Of a stretch of 64,000 nt of DNA, positions 9,576-20,372 are shown piece by piece. The stretch spans positions 11,072 to 75,071 of the forward strand of contig JAIXUU010000025.1 in the NCBI GenBank assembly GCA_027483405.1, read 5' to 3'. The notes beneath the pieces were generated by a model. The model had not been told where the DNA came from. It searched no databases and saw only the letters and a list, made by a program, of their open reading frames with translations. This DNA comes from Planctomyces sp. GTDB lineage: Bacteria; Planctomycetota; Planctomycetia; Planctomycetales; Planctomycetaceae. The position numbers and the translations under genes were made by a program. The stretch's first letter is position 1. Each line of letters opens with the position of its first letter.

Positions 9576-10727
9576 ATGTCCCAAGAGGCTAAGTCTTCAG
9601 CTTGTCTGGCATTGGCAGACGGATCCGTTTTTTTTGGCTCTGCGTTCGGTGCCTCGGGTGAGGTCACTGGCGAAGTGGTCTTTAACACAAGTATGACAGG
9701 TTATGGCGAAATTCTGACTGATCCCTCCTATTGCGGTCAGATCGTGACGATGACCTACCCGCTAATCGGGAATTACGGCATCAACTTCGAAGATGTGGAA
9801 AGCAATGGTCCTCGTCTGAGGGCTTTTGTGGTTCGGGAATTGTGCCGATCCCCAAGTAACTTTCGTTCAGAGCTTTCTCTGGATGATTATCTTCGCAAAG
9901 CCGGAGTTATTGGCCTCGAAGGGATCGATACCCGCTCGCTGGTTCGCCGCTTACGCAGCCAGGGAGCTGTCACGGGAGTGCTTTCGACTGTCGATCTCGA
10001 TCCACAGTCGCTTATTGCCAAAGCCCAGGCTGCCCCCAGCATTGTTGGTCAGGATCTTGTTCAGGAGGTCATGCCCGCTGCGAGTTTTGCCTGGACTGAA
10101 AAGCTGGGGAATTTCGCGACGCTGGCTCCGCAGGATTCCCAACCCACCCGCTATCACGTCGTCGCAATTGATTACGGCATGAAGTGGAATATCCTGCGAC
10201 ATCTGACCCAGGTTGGTTGTCGTGTGACGGTTGTCCCGGGCACTTCCACGGCAGCAGAAATTCTGGCTTTGCAACCGGATGGGGTCTTTTTGTCGAATGG
10301 CCCTGGTGATCCTGAGCCGCTGACTTATGCGATTCGGACAATTCGCGACTTGCTGGGTAAACTCCCCATCTTTGGCATCTGCCTGGGACACCAACTCCTT
10401 GGACTGGCTGCTGGAGCGAGAACCTATAAGCTGAAATTCGGTCATCGTGGTGCGAACCAGCCCGTGATGAATCTGCGGAACTCGAAAGTCGAGATTACCT
10501 CGCAGAATCACGGTTTTGCGATCGATGCTTTGACTTTGCCAGCGAATATCGAGGTCACTCACCGGAATCTGAATGATCAGACAATCGAGGGGATGCGACT
10601 GACCGATCAACCCGCTTTCAGTGTGCAGTATCATCCTGAAGCTGCTGCGGGGCCACATGACAGTGCTTATCTGTTCGAAGAGTTTTGCAGCCTGATGGAT
10701 CTGTCGGTCGAGAAAACGAAGGCTTGA
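9576..10727 (+). CDS. carA: Carbamoyl-phosphate synthase small subunit
   Basis: [47 protein letters not shown]. Confidence 0.97.
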   Translation: MSQEAKSSACLALADGSVFFGSAFGASGEVTGEVVFNTSMTGYGEILTDPSYCGQIVTMTYPLIGNYGINFEDVESNGPRLRAFVVRELCRSPSNFRSELSLDDYLRKAGVIGLEGIDTRSLVRRLRSQGAVTGVLSTVDLDPQSLIAKAQAAPSIVGQDLVQEVMPAASFAWTEKLGNFATLAPQDSQPTRYHVVAIDYGMKWNILRHLTQVGCRVTVVPGTSTAAEILALQPDGVFLSNGPGDPEPLTYAIRTIRDLLGKLPIFGICLGHQLLGLAAGARTYKLKFGHRGANQPVMNLRNSKVEITSQNHGFAIDALTLPANIEVTHRNLNDQTIEGMRLTDQPAFSVQYHPEAAAGPHDSAYLFEEFCSLMDLSVEKTKA

Positions 10728-10887
10728 TTCTGCATAGTGCCAGCTCAGGAAGCAGCGGGAACAATGACTGCTCGCAGATAACACCTGACGATCGATACGC
10801 TGGTTTGGCCTATCGATTCACACATAGTTGCTGGAAAAATTGACTTGTCTTTAATTCACACTCTTTAGTCTTTGGGATTCGAAAGAA

Positions 10888-11352
10888 ATGCCTACGGAAC
10901 GTACTCTTGTCCTGCTGAAGCCAGATGCTGTTGCCCGACGCCTGGCAGGGCCGATTCTCACTCGTTTTGAGCAGAAGGGCCTACGCATCGCAGCTCTGAA
11001 GCTGATTCAGGTTACCCCGGAACTGGCCAAGAGGCACTATGCCGAACATGTCCAGAAGCCATTTTATCCTATGCTCGAAAGCTTCATTACTGCTGGCCCG
11101 ACAGTGGCTTTGGTTCTCGAAGGCAAGTCAGCGATTAGTGTTGTTCGAGGCATGATGGGTCCGACCAATGGTCGCGATGCCGCCCCGGGAACCATTCGTG
11201 GCGATTATGGGACGAGTCGGCAGATGAACCTTGTTCATGGAAGTGATGGCCCCGAAGCTGCCGCGAAGGAAATCGCGATCTACTTTCAGCCGCATGAAGT
11301 GGTGGATGCCACTGAGCCACTTGCGCCATGGTTGTCGGCTGGTGACGAGTAA
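10888..11352 (+). CDS. ndk: Nucleoside diphosphate kinase
   Basis: [27 protein letters not shown]. Confidence 0.97.
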   Translation: MPTERTLVLLKPDAVARRLAGPILTRFEQKGLRIAALKLIQVTPELAKRHYAEHVQKPFYPMLESFITAGPTVALVLEGKSAISVVRGMMGPTNGRDAAPGTIRGDYGTSRQMNLVHGSDGPEAAAKEIAIYFQPHEVVDATEPLAPWLSAGDE

Positions 11353-11405
11353 ATCATATCTGTCATGGCGGAGCAGTCCCCTTTCGACTGCTGATGATCA
11401 ACTTC

Positions 11406-11446
11406 CAACGCGTGTGACTCAGGATGAAGTTGAGTCACACGCGTTG
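11406..11446. terminator. Hairpin between convergent ndk and RidA genes
   Basis: caacgcgtgtgactca / tgagtcacacgcgttg form a 16-bp stem. Confidence 0.6.
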
Positions 11447-11475
11447 TTCATTGGCAGTCATTACTCGCCGAGAAG

Positions 11476-11946
11476 TTACTCTGGCTTGATGGAAACCCAG
11501 ACTGCGACTTCAACAGCCGCATTCAAAGGAAGTTCGCTGACTCCCACAGCGACTCGGGTGTGTCTGCCGGCTTCTCCAAAGATTTCGAGCATCAGGTCGG
11601 AAGCACCATTCACCACTGCAGGTTGAGAACTGAAACCTGGCGCCGATTGCACAAATCCGTCAATTTTCAGTATCCGCTCAATGCGATCAATCGAGCCAAG
11701 TGCTTTTTGCAGGTGGGAAAGTGCATTCAGTGCACATTGCCGGGCAGCTTTGGCGGCATCTTCAACAGAAACTTCTGAGCCTACTTTGCCAGTATGTAGC
11801 ACCTGGCCATTTGCCATGGGTAACTGACCGCTGGTGATCGCCATCTGGTGTGTGATCGTGACCGGGATGTAAGAGGCAATGGCCACTGGTGGTTGTGGCA
11901 GTTCGATCCCTAACGTTTTGAGACGCTGGGTGTATTCATTCGACAT
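11476..11946 (-). CDS. RidA (YjgF/YER057c/UK114) family protein
   Basis: [41 protein letters not shown]. Confidence 0.92.
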   Translation of the reverse strand: MSNEYTQRLKTLGIELPQPPVAIASYIPVTITHQMAITSGQLPMANGQVLHTGKVGSEVSVEDAAKAARQCALNALSHLQKALGSIDRIERILKIDGFVQSAPGFSSQPAVVNGASDLMLEIFGEAGRHTRVAVGVSELPLNAAVEVAVWVSIKPE

Positions 11947-12280
11947 CGAGTTGATTCCTTGAGTGCTGCTGACACTGAGTGCCGGGAGCTTGTTGATGAA
12001 TTCTTTCCAGAACTGACCAGCACGAGTATCCGGGATTCTTGGCTTGATACAGAAACAGCATCACAACTGCTGCCTGAGATCTCCGCAAGTGACTCACATG
12101 CCGAGTCTCTGCGAAATGGATGGTTTTTGAGAATTGTGTTTGCGATGTTCACCGGGCAACGAAATGATACAGATGTCGTTGTTGGATCAAAGGCTGTCGA
12201 TGAATCGGGCGAGATGTCCGTATGTTGTAGATGCCGCAAAGAACGCGACTGTTGATGTCCTTCCGTGTCCACAGATGTGA

Positions 12281-13384
12281 GTGAGTCCGTCGATGATCGC
12301 AAAAAACATGACCAGTAAGGCCGGTTGGACCGGTATGCTGTTGGCCTTCGTATTCGTTCTGCTGGTGGCGGATTCTCGTAAGGCTCTGGCCCAGCCCCCC
12401 TTGCCTAAGAATCCGGCTCAGTGGGTCAATTCACAGCCATTGAGCTACGAACAGCTTCGTGGGAAAGCCATTTATCTGGTGTTCTTCGAAGAAACCTGCC
12501 CCAAATGTCGGGCCGCCTGGCCGGATATCCTTTCGGCTGCCAAATCCAATGAGAAACTGCCTGTCGTCTTTATTGCCGTAAACTCTGGAACGCAGCGAGC
12601 GGAAGTCGAGCGATATGCTCAGCAGGTAAAAATCAACTGGCCGATCATCGTCGATACGGATCGCAGTTTTGAGAAAGAATTCACCAGCAGTTCTGTGGGA
12701 GAAATCAGTCTGCAGAATATTCGTCAGATTCGCGGAATCAGCGCTGCCGGGAAAATTGAGAGCTTGCCTTACGACGAATACAGCGATGCCATCAAAGGGC
12801 TTGCCCAGGGTGCCACATGGAAAGTCGAACGTGCGGAAGTCCCACCGGAAATGATTTCTCTGTGGCAACAGGTTGAATTTGGTGCTTACGGCGGTGTTGC
12901 CCAGCCACTGAAAAAGGCGGCCCTTTCCAATCGCCCTGAGGTCAAATCGGTGGCAGAAAAAATGCTCGCAGTGGTCGATGCCGAGCGGCAGGAATTGGAG
13001 AACGAAGCATTGGCTTCCGCCGAAGCGGGCAACAAGTTCAAGGCTTATGAGCTACTGCTCAAATTGAACGATACCTTTAAGGGCTACCCGCTTTCAGATG
13101 GTGCTGCCAAGTTAAAGAAAGACCTCCCAAAAGATCCACAGGTGAAATCTGGGCTGGCTGCGCTTAAGCAGATTCAGAATATTGAGCGACAGCTGGCCAA
13201 TGCCAAGCCCCAGCTAAAGGAAAAGCTGGGTGAACAATTATCGAAGATGGTCACAGATTATCCTGAAACACAATTGGCCACTCATGCGGCGGCACTGCTC
13301 AAAGGAGCCGGTTTAGATGTTCCAGAGGCAGGTGGCGCGGCAGGTTCGCAAAATCCCCCCGCCATCAAATCGGGAACCTTTTAG
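12281..13384 (+). CDS. Exported TlpA/redoxin-domain protein with helical C-terminal region
   Basis: Signal-like N-terminus, WVNSQPLS..LRGK, CPKC motif, INWPIIVD. Confidence 0.75.
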   Translation: MSPSMIAKNMTSKAGWTGMLLAFVFVLLVADSRKALAQPPLPKNPAQWVNSQPLSYEQLRGKAIYLVFFEETCPKCRAAWPDILSAAKSNEKLPVVFIAVNSGTQRAEVERYAQQVKINWPIIVDTDRSFEKEFTSSSVGEISLQNIRQIRGISAAGKIESLPYDEYSDAIKGLAQGATWKVERAEVPPEMISLWQQVEFGAYGGVAQPLKKAALSNRPEVKSVAEKMLAVVDAERQELENEALASAEAGNKFKAYELLLKLNDTFKGYPLSDGAAKLKKDLPKDPQVKSGLAALKQIQNIERQLANAKPQLKEKLGEQLSKMVTDYPETQLATHAAALLKGAGLDVPEAGGAAGSQNPPAIKSGTF

Positions 13385-13413
13385 TTCGACTGTGGGGGGG
13401 CTTTGTTGACTCA

Positions 13414-15264
13414 TTAGTTTGCGGGAACCAGAACTTCTTCGGGGAGTTCAGCCGCAGTTGCAGCCTTGTAGTCAGCCTCTGCGGCGAAGTAACCTAGTAG
13501 GGCGAGAACTTCCTGAACACGAGCATCAAAGGTGGCCTGCTCGCGCAGGTTCAATCTCAAGAGATCGCTCGCGCCCTCATTTAATCGAATGGTTTCAAAT
13601 CGTTGCATCTCTTCGTTGAGACGGACAGAAGCACTGGCCTGACCAATGGCACGATAGGCATTTTCCAGGGCAATGACGGCAGTGCGAACTTCGACGGAGA
13701 TTTTATCAGCGGTGAATTGGCGTTTGGCCATATTCTGAGCCAGCTTCCCTTCCACCATCATGATTTTTCCGTTGGCGTTTCGACGTTGCAAAGGAACGGT
13801 AAACTGCAAACCGGCTTCTCCCTGAAAGGGACCTTTATCGTTAATCGAACTGGTTGGCCCGCCGACATCTTTTGTGGCAAGAACATGTGCGCCGAGTGTC
13901 GGCAGGAGTTCGTTCTGGGCTCTGGACAACTCGATCGATAACTGCTGACGGTCGAAATCGAGTGCCAGCAATTCCGGTCGGCGGGAGGTGGCAAAGGCAA
14001 TATCGGCTTCGAGCACTTCGGGAGTCACCAGCATGGGTGTTGGAAATCTTGACGGAAGCATGCTGTTGGGGGGAATAAAAGGATTACCCGCAGCGTCTCT
14101 CAAATAGAGTGAGAGTTTGACGGCCGAGCTTTGAAGCTTTTGTTCCGCTTCAATCAGCTTGACTTGCCGGGCAACTATCAATCGCTGGTTATCAATGATA
14201 TCTGATTCGGGACGGTCGCCTTCCTGAACTGTCGCGCGGATCTGCTGATCTCGATCCAGTGCCAGTGCCTGTAACTCACGAGCCACTCGCAGCCCCTGCC
14301 CTGCGGCCACCCATTCCCAATAGGCGACCGTACTATCACGAATAAACTGCAGGAGCTGGGTTTTGATCTCCGGTTCCACTTTTGATTGACCAACCTGAGT
14401 AATCCAGAGTTCAGCGCGGCGTTTGTCAATCGCACGGTTCTGCAACAGTGGAATCGCCAGACCCATCATGAACTCACCGCCATCGTTGGTTTGGCGATTT
14501 CCGTACCATGGTTCAAAGTTACCACGACCCGCGCGATAACCGGCAATCACTTCTCCACCATTCTGGAGCACGGGCTGGGCAATATCGAAACCATTGCGAT
14601 ACGTCTGGTAGTAGCCCAAGGGCTGGTTATTCAGATCAGCATTCAGCTTGAGGTCAAAAGCTCCCTGGGCAGCGAGATTGGCTCCATTGGCAATATTACG
14701 TCCATAAAGTGCATTCCTCAAAAGAGGAAACGACATGTAGACCGAGTCGATGACACTGTTGAGTACCAGGGGTGGACTGACTCGCTCATCACCCACGATG
14801 GGAATCTCATCGACACTGCCCGGGCTGGGAGGAATTTCCTGGCGGATCCTTCCGGGGAGCAAGGATCCCTCCATAAACTCATCGCCTCCACCGGCGGGAG
14901 GAGTGCTGCTTTGACCTGGTGGGGACGATGCTCCCTGTAAAGCAGCGGTCTGCTCAGCAGCAGTTGCACCTGCAGGTTCTGTATCCAGCACTTCAGAATT
15001 GGCAAGTTGAATTGTGGATGAGGTCTCGTCCGCAGGCACCTGATCTTCTGGAGTTTCAGGTGGGAAGGCTGTTTTGTTAGTTGTGTATCGAGAACTGGTC
15101 TCTTTGCCGGTGGTGTTTTCTTCGGAGATCTTGTGATTGGCGACGGTCGATTTCTCGACCGACGGTGCTGGTGAGATGGAGCGAACCACACTTGTACGAG
15201 CGGTTGAGCATCCGGCAATCACCAGGCAACCAACAAGCATCCATGCTTGTCCGGATCGCGTCAT
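13414..15264 (-). CDS. TolC-family outer-membrane efflux lipoprotein
   Basis: Lipobox LVIAGC, disordered linker, OEP repeats (RRPEL, PLQRRNANG); overlaps the upstream HlyD gene by 4 nt. Confidence 0.85.
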   Translation of the reverse strand: MTRSGQAWMLVGCLVIAGCSTARTSVVRSISPAPSVEKSTVANHKISEENTTGKETSSRYTTNKTAFPPETPEDQVPADETSSTIQLANSEVLDTEPAGATAAEQTAALQGASSPPGQSSTPPAGGGDEFMEGSLLPGRIRQEIPPSPGSVDEIPIVGDERVSPPLVLNSVIDSVYMSFPLLRNALYGRNIANGANLAAQGAFDLKLNADLNNQPLGYYQTYRNGFDIAQPVLQNGGEVIAGYRAGRGNFEPWYGNRQTNDGGEFMMGLAIPLLQNRAIDKRRAELWITQVGQSKVEPEIKTQLLQFIRDSTVAYWEWVAAGQGLRVARELQALALDRDQQIRATVQEGDRPESDIIDNQRLIVARQVKLIEAEQKLQSSAVKLSLYLRDAAGNPFIPPNSMLPSRFPTPMLVTPEVLEADIAFATSRRPELLALDFDRQQLSIELSRAQNELLPTLGAHVLATKDVGGPTSSINDKGPFQGEAGLQFTVPLQRRNANGKIMMVEGKLAQNMAKRQFTADKISVEVRTAVIALENAYRAIGQASASVRLNEEMQRFETIRLNEGASDLLRLNLREQATFDARVQEVLALLGYFAAEADYKAATAAELPEEVLVPAN

Positions 15265-16706
15265 TTTTTCCCTCGAAGAAGTTTGTCGTCCGTTGAACTC
15301 TTGTAATCATCCAGTTGAATAGCGGGTGGGAATCCGTTGAGTTGTCTCCAGAGTTCCTGCCCGATTGTGACCCGATCCAGCAACACCCAGGCTCTGGCCC
15401 GAATCCCTTGCCTCAAGACATTGGCTGTGGGCCACGGCCTTGTTTCATCCGGATCAGGCAATACCAGCACGCGAAATTTACCAATTCCGTCATCCATCGA
15501 ATCGACGACAGCGACAACACCACCGAAGGTTCCGACCGCGACTGAAGGCCAGCCGGAAAATTGAACCGCAGGCCAGCCTTCAAATTGCAACCTGACTTTG
15601 CGATGCTGGCCATCTTTAGATAGCGAGGCGACCAGCGGTGCATCATTTCCATCGACCTTGATTTCGACAGCGCGATCCGCAGTTAATGGAACGAGTTCCA
15701 AAAGCGGCGTGCCTGCCGAAATAATTTTTCCTCCCTGAAAGTTTGTCAGTCGCAGGACATAGCCATCAATCGGGGCTACCACGGACTGTACTTGCAACTT
15801 TTGTTTAGCTTGGATATCGGCGATCTCCTTCTCGGTACTGGCGATATCTCCCAACGACTTCTGATAAACGGCCCGTGCTGAGTCAATCTTGGTGATCGCC
15901 TCACGAATCTTGTAAAGTCGCTCGGCCTCTTTAGCCGACAGCTCGCTCTTGGCTGCTTCGACATAAGCATTGGCCTGTGCCAGTTTGGCCTGTTCCTCTT
16001 GAGCTTTTCGCTCAGCAATTTCGACTTCGTATCGAGATTCCACTTTCTGTTCGAAGAGCTGAATGCGTCGAATGCGATCCTTCTCGGCCTGCTCGTAGGC
16101 GGCAGTCGCTGCTTTCAGGTTCTGCTGCTCAGCAAGCAACTTCTGCCCAGCCATTTTGATGAATTCATCCTGGGCGAGTTCTGTCTGATTACGAATGGCT
16201 TCAAACGCTTGAACTTGTTGTTCGTAGGCAATGGCAATTGTCTTTTCTGTCTCGAGTTTACGCTGAGTGGCCATCAACTGTTCTTCGAGGCGAAAAATCA
16301 AAGCCGAGTCGATGACCTCAATATCCATGAGGACTTCGCCTTTTTTGACAATCGCTCCTTCCACCAACTCGGCACGAATATTCGTGATGCGACCTCCAAT
16401 GGGAGCATCGATTTCCTGCAGGCGATGATTGGGATCATAAGTGATCACTCGCCCGGAACCGACAACGGATTGCTGCCAGGGGGCGAACATCATGACAATC
16501 AGACTGATGGGCAACGCCCACAATAGTGCTGTCGAGATCCAGCGAATCGTACTGATCGGCTGGGCCAGTTGGAGTGCCGGAAAGTTCTGGGCTTGCCAGG
16601 TTTCGCCGACGTTCCAAAGCCCCAGAGTGTTGTCATGGTGACCATGATGCCCACCAGCGGGCACAATTGTGCCTTGCGGTGTGGTACTGATTTGTGTGGA
16701 AGCCAT
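15261..16706 (-). CDS. HlyD-family membrane fusion (periplasmic adaptor) protein
   Basis: N-terminal TM, IDAPIGGRI...VKKGEVL lipoyl half, long coiled coil, VVAPIDGYV...G.PLLELVP. Confidence 0.9.
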   Translation of the reverse strand: MASTQISTTPQGTIVPAGGHHGHHDNTLGLWNVGETWQAQNFPALQLAQPISTIRWISTALLWALPISLIVMMFAPWQQSVVGSGRVITYDPNHRLQEIDAPIGGRITNIRAELVEGAIVKKGEVLMDIEVIDSALIFRLEEQLMATQRKLETEKTIAIAYEQQVQAFEAIRNQTELAQDEFIKMAGQKLLAEQQNLKAATAAYEQAEKDRIRRIQLFEQKVESRYEVEIAERKAQEEQAKLAQANAYVEAAKSELSAKEAERLYKIREAITKIDSARAVYQKSLGDIASTEKEIADIQAKQKLQVQSVVAPIDGYVLRLTNFQGGKIISAGTPLLELVPLTADRAVEIKVDGNDAPLVASLSKDGQHRKVRLQFEGWPAVQFSGWPSVAVGTFGGVVAVVDSMDDGIGKFRVLVLPDPDETRPWPTANVLRQGIRARAWVLLDRVTIGQELWRQLNGFPPAIQLDDYKSSTDDKLLRGKK

Positions 16707-16818
16707 GTTTCACTCCTTCCGAGCGAATCGTGGATGATGTTCGTGATGCAGGCCTCGTCCGTTATTCAGTCAGGACGTCTTGAACTTCTTATCTGGAAAT
16801 GAAGCTCAATCTGGCATT

Positions 16819-19116
16819 CTAGGTCGCAGGTAAGGATGGTTGACGAGGTGCTTTCAAAGGTCGGGATTCGGCATTATCCATCTCGATGGTCTGGTCGCAC
16901 AGCGCGGCAACATCAGGCCGGGAGGTGGCGATGATCGTGGTCCATGTTTTGTCTGGCGCGAAGAGGACGCCCAGCAAACGCTGCCGCAAGTGGTCGGGCA
17001 AGCCATCCAGCCATCCGTCAATCAGAAGCAGACGCGGTGAGCCTGCCATGGCTCGTGCGAGCATCAGTTGCATCTGCTCCGTTGAAGAAAGCGGCTCACC
17101 TTTGGCCGATAGTTCTGTATGGATACCACCGTGTAATGTTTCAATTCGAGCCATGAGTGCGACATCTTCGAGTCGTCGCTTGACGGTTTGATCACTGACG
17201 TCGGGTCGATGCAAATGGACGTTGGTGGCAATGGAAGCAGACAGAATCTCAGGCATCTGGACGAAAGCCACCTGTGATCTGACAAGATCTTTACGAAGAT
17301 CATTCAGTGGTAAACCATCGAGCTCGATGATTCCCTCGAATTCGTAGGCCTCACCTGCCAGGGCCGAGAGAATTTTTGACCGATGCTCCGGCTGATTATC
17401 CAGAATGGCCAGCGATGAACCCGGAGTCACGGTACAAGTTAAATGGGGAGTCATCCAATGACCGACACCGGGCGAATGGCCCCACGAAACATTTCGCATA
17501 TCGAGAGCGATCGGTTTGCGTGATTCAGGCAACAAGACCCCTCTTTGCTGGGTCACAGGCAGGTCGAACAGATGGCCCAGTTTATTCACCGCCGCCATGA
17601 GATCGAACCATTCTTCAAGATGTTTACCGAGTTTCAGAAACGAACCCACAATGGTGGCGACAATCAGTTCGGCAGCGACGAGTTGGCCGAGTGTCAGTTG
17701 TTCTCGAAGTACAAGATAACCACCCAGGCCCAGCAGGGCGGTTGCTGCCACAGCCTGGAGTATCGCTAGAGCAATGTATTGCCTGAGAACAATCGTAAAG
17801 TGACTTTGCCTCGCATTGAGATAACGTGTGCATAGCGCATCGCTTCTTTGCCAAGCCAGAGCAGCACCATCAGGGGTGCGGAAGATCGCAGGGACGCGAA
17901 CCAGTTCTTCGAACCAGGCTAGTGCCATGTATTTATTGTTCGATTCTTCGATGGAAGTTCGCACCCCTCCGCGCCCCATTGTCAAAATGATGATCGACAA
18001 CAGCACAATCAGGACAAGGTCATAACCGAGAAGAAACGGATGATAGAACGCCATCAATGTCATACCGACAATTGTTGCCAGAATGATCGCTAATCCATCC
18101 ACCAGCAGGCTGCTGATGACTTTCTGAAGTGTCACCACTTCCAGAAACCGATTGACGAGTTCCTGTCCATCATGATGCAGCCATTCGGCTTCTTTGACTC
18201 GCGGAAGCCGCCATGCCAGGTCGGCAGTAATGCGAGTGAACAGGCGGCGTTGGATCACTTCTGAGATATAGATCTTCAGAATCTGGAAGGCGCCGAGCAG
18301 ACTTAATAGCCCCAGGAGAATAATGCTCAGAACAATAATTGGCTGGAAGACACCGCCAAAAGTCACCGCACGGACAAGTTGTTGAGCCGCTAATGGAGCC
18401 GAGACTGATAACAGGCCAGCCGCACATGCCATCAGGAAAATCGTCCAGATTTCATTTTTCTCTGGCGCGATCATGCGCAGCAGACGTTTCCAGGGAGGCT
18501 GGTGGTGCTCGTGGCCGGCACCCAGCCCATCGATATTGGGCTCAAAAACGACACAGCGCGCAGCAACTTGTGGAAAACTCTGGACGAAATTGAGCCAGGG
18601 CAAGTCTTTGCCGTAAAGCTCATTGGCAAACTCCATGGCCAGCGTTTTTTTTCGTCCCGAGACGACGAACAGCCTCTCAGTCAGTTCTGGTGCGGCTTTC
18701 GAAGATGGAGCTGAGGCGTTTGGAATTGGCACAGTTGGAATTGGTTCAGTGCGACAAAGGGCGATACCACCATGTTTCGCAAGTGCATGAACTTCACTGA
18801 TCGTCAGATCCATGAGCCGGATGGCCAAACCATGAGACCTGGCAACTTCGATGGCCCACTTCCACCACTTACTGTCGAAGTCACCCTGCCAGCACCGGGC
18901 GGCTGCTTCGAGTTCTCGTTGAACGATCAGAGGTTCCCACGGATTTTCAGTGAGTCTACCGAATTCGACCAGTGCGCCGGCTAAAGCCGCACCCTGACTC
19001 GTACCGGATGAGAAGCACTCGGTTTCATCTCCGTAGTCGTTTCGATCAGTCTCCGCGTGGCGGAGTTCCCCCGGCTCAGCTCTCGATGTCGAAGATGATA
19101 ATCTGCTCACAACCAA
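16819..19116 (-). CDS. Type I secretion-type ABC half-transporter (C39-like N-terminus, TMD, degenerate NBD)
   Basis: Six-TM ABC membrane domain with LTLGQLVAAE; NBD fold recognisable, but Walker A, signature, Walker B and H-switch are all substituted. Confidence 0.85.
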   Translation of the reverse strand: MVVSRLSSSTSRAEPGELRHAETDRNDYGDETECFSSGTSQGAALAGALVEFGRLTENPWEPLIVQRELEAAARCWQGDFDSKWWKWAIEVARSHGLAIRLMDLTISEVHALAKHGGIALCRTEPIPTVPIPNASAPSSKAAPELTERLFVVSGRKKTLAMEFANELYGKDLPWLNFVQSFPQVAARCVVFEPNIDGLGAGHEHHQPPWKRLLRMIAPEKNEIWTIFLMACAAGLLSVSAPLAAQQLVRAVTFGGVFQPIIVLSIILLGLLSLLGAFQILKIYISEVIQRRLFTRITADLAWRLPRVKEAEWLHHDGQELVNRFLEVVTLQKVISSLLVDGLAIILATIVGMTLMAFYHPFLLGYDLVLIVLLSIIILTMGRGGVRTSIEESNNKYMALAWFEELVRVPAIFRTPDGAALAWQRSDALCTRYLNARQSHFTIVLRQYIALAILQAVAATALLGLGGYLVLREQLTLGQLVAAELIVATIVGSFLKLGKHLEEWFDLMAAVNKLGHLFDLPVTQQRGVLLPESRKPIALDMRNVSWGHSPGVGHWMTPHLTCTVTPGSSLAILDNQPEHRSKILSALAGEAYEFEGIIELDGLPLNDLRKDLVRSQVAFVQMPEILSASIATNVHLHRPDVSDQTVKRRLEDVALMARIETLHGGIHTELSAKGEPLSSTEQMQLMLARAMAGSPRLLLIDGWLDGLPDHLRQRLLGVLFAPDKTWTTIIATSRPDVAALCDQTIEMDNAESRPLKAPRQPSLPAT

Positions 19117-19147
19117 TGCTCTCCAGGAGATTCAATTTTGATGCAAA

Positions 19148-19702
19148 TTATGTCGGCAGGGTCGTGGAAGAGTCTGACAGATCCGTCGGTTTGTCGACCA
19201 CAACCGTTTCGGAAAAATCAGTTGGATTGAAACTGCGATGTTCACCGAATGAAGTCTGTTCCGGCAAGCGATCGCCTGACATTCCATTAGATCGTGATGG
19301 CTCCGGCTGAGGGACGACCTTCTGCTGCAGAACGTGTGCCTCCCGACTCATCGACGAACTTGCATTTGTGGATGCATTGCTATCTGTCCCGGAGTTCTCT
19401 ATCTGATCTGGTGTGGGTTGATCGAGGAACACATTTCCCATTCTCAGCCACTCGGCGAGCCGGGGATTTGCCAGCCGGTAATAAACATGCCTGCCTGAAC
19501 GGCGTTCTTTGAGCAATTTGCGGGTTCTCAAGAGTGCCAGGTGTTGTGAAACTCCGGAGTGGCTGATTCCCAGCAACTCTTGCAGAGAATTCACGTTACG
19601 TTCACTGTCACGCAATTCTTCCACAATCTGGACGCGGCAGGGATGCGACAGGACTCCAAGAAGCTCGGCCATTTCCCTGGTAGCAACAGTCGAGGACGGC
19701 AT
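19148..19702 (-). CDS. ArsR/SmtB-family regulator with low-complexity C-terminal tail
   Basis: LSHPCRVQIV, SHSGVSQHLALLR, RRSGRHVYYRL; start trimmed to MPSSTV. Confidence 0.85.
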   Translation of the reverse strand: MPSSTVATREMAELLGVLSHPCRVQIVEELRDSERNVNSLQELLGISHSGVSQHLALLRTRKLLKERRSGRHVYYRLANPRLAEWLRMGNVFLDQPTPDQIENSGTDSNASTNASSSMSREAHVLQQKVVPQPEPSRSNGMSGDRLPEQTSFGEHRSFNPTDFSETVVVDKPTDLSDSSTTLPT

Positions 19703-19970
19703 CGATCGACACCTTTCGATGTTTGAATCTGTGTACGGGTTACTGTTACGACTGTAGATACGTTGATCGGCGTTAGAAAGATGACAAAATCGTAAGAAAA
19801 AGTTTGGCAGTGGCAAGTTGAACCAGGTTGTCCTTCTTGTTGCAGCAGGAATTGCCGACTGCCCCTTCAGGTGGCTGTCAGGCAGGATGGCCAATCGCTA
19901 CGATTTGAAATTATTGACTGAATGTCTGCAGATCGAATGTTCAAGAGAGTTCGAGAGGGAGTGGGCTGAG

Positions 19971-20342
19971 ATGTCCGTCAGAGGAATTCGTGGTGCAACC
20001 TGTGTGGATTGCGATAATCCTGAACTGCTTCTGGCTGCGACTCGAGAACTCCTGGCAGAACTGCTTCAGCAGAATGAAATCGTCGATTTCGACGAAATCG
20101 TTTCGGCGATCTTCACGACAACCCCCGATCTCACCTCGACATTTCCGGCCGAGGCGGCTCGCGCTCTCGGGATGCGGCAAGTGCCACTCCTGTGCGCATC
20201 AGAGATCGCAGTTCCCCAGGCGCTGCCACGTTGTATTCGTGTGTTACTGCATGTGAACTCAAGTAAGGCACCCAGTGAAATTGTGCATGTCTACCTGGGA
20301 GAAGCCAAGAAGTTACGCCCCGATATTCAGAGTGCGCAGTAA
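19971..20342 (+). CDS. aroH: Chorismate mutase, AroH class
   Basis: [15 protein letters not shown]...[29 protein letters not shown]. Confidence 0.95.
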   Translation: MSVRGIRGATCVDCDNPELLLAATRELLAELLQQNEIVDFDEIVSAIFTTTPDLTSTFPAEAARALGMRQVPLLCASEIAVPQALPRCIRVLLHVNSSKAPSEIVHVYLGEAKKLRPDIQSAQ

Positions 20343-20372
20343 CCCTTTCTCACACTGTGGATGAGCGAACGA

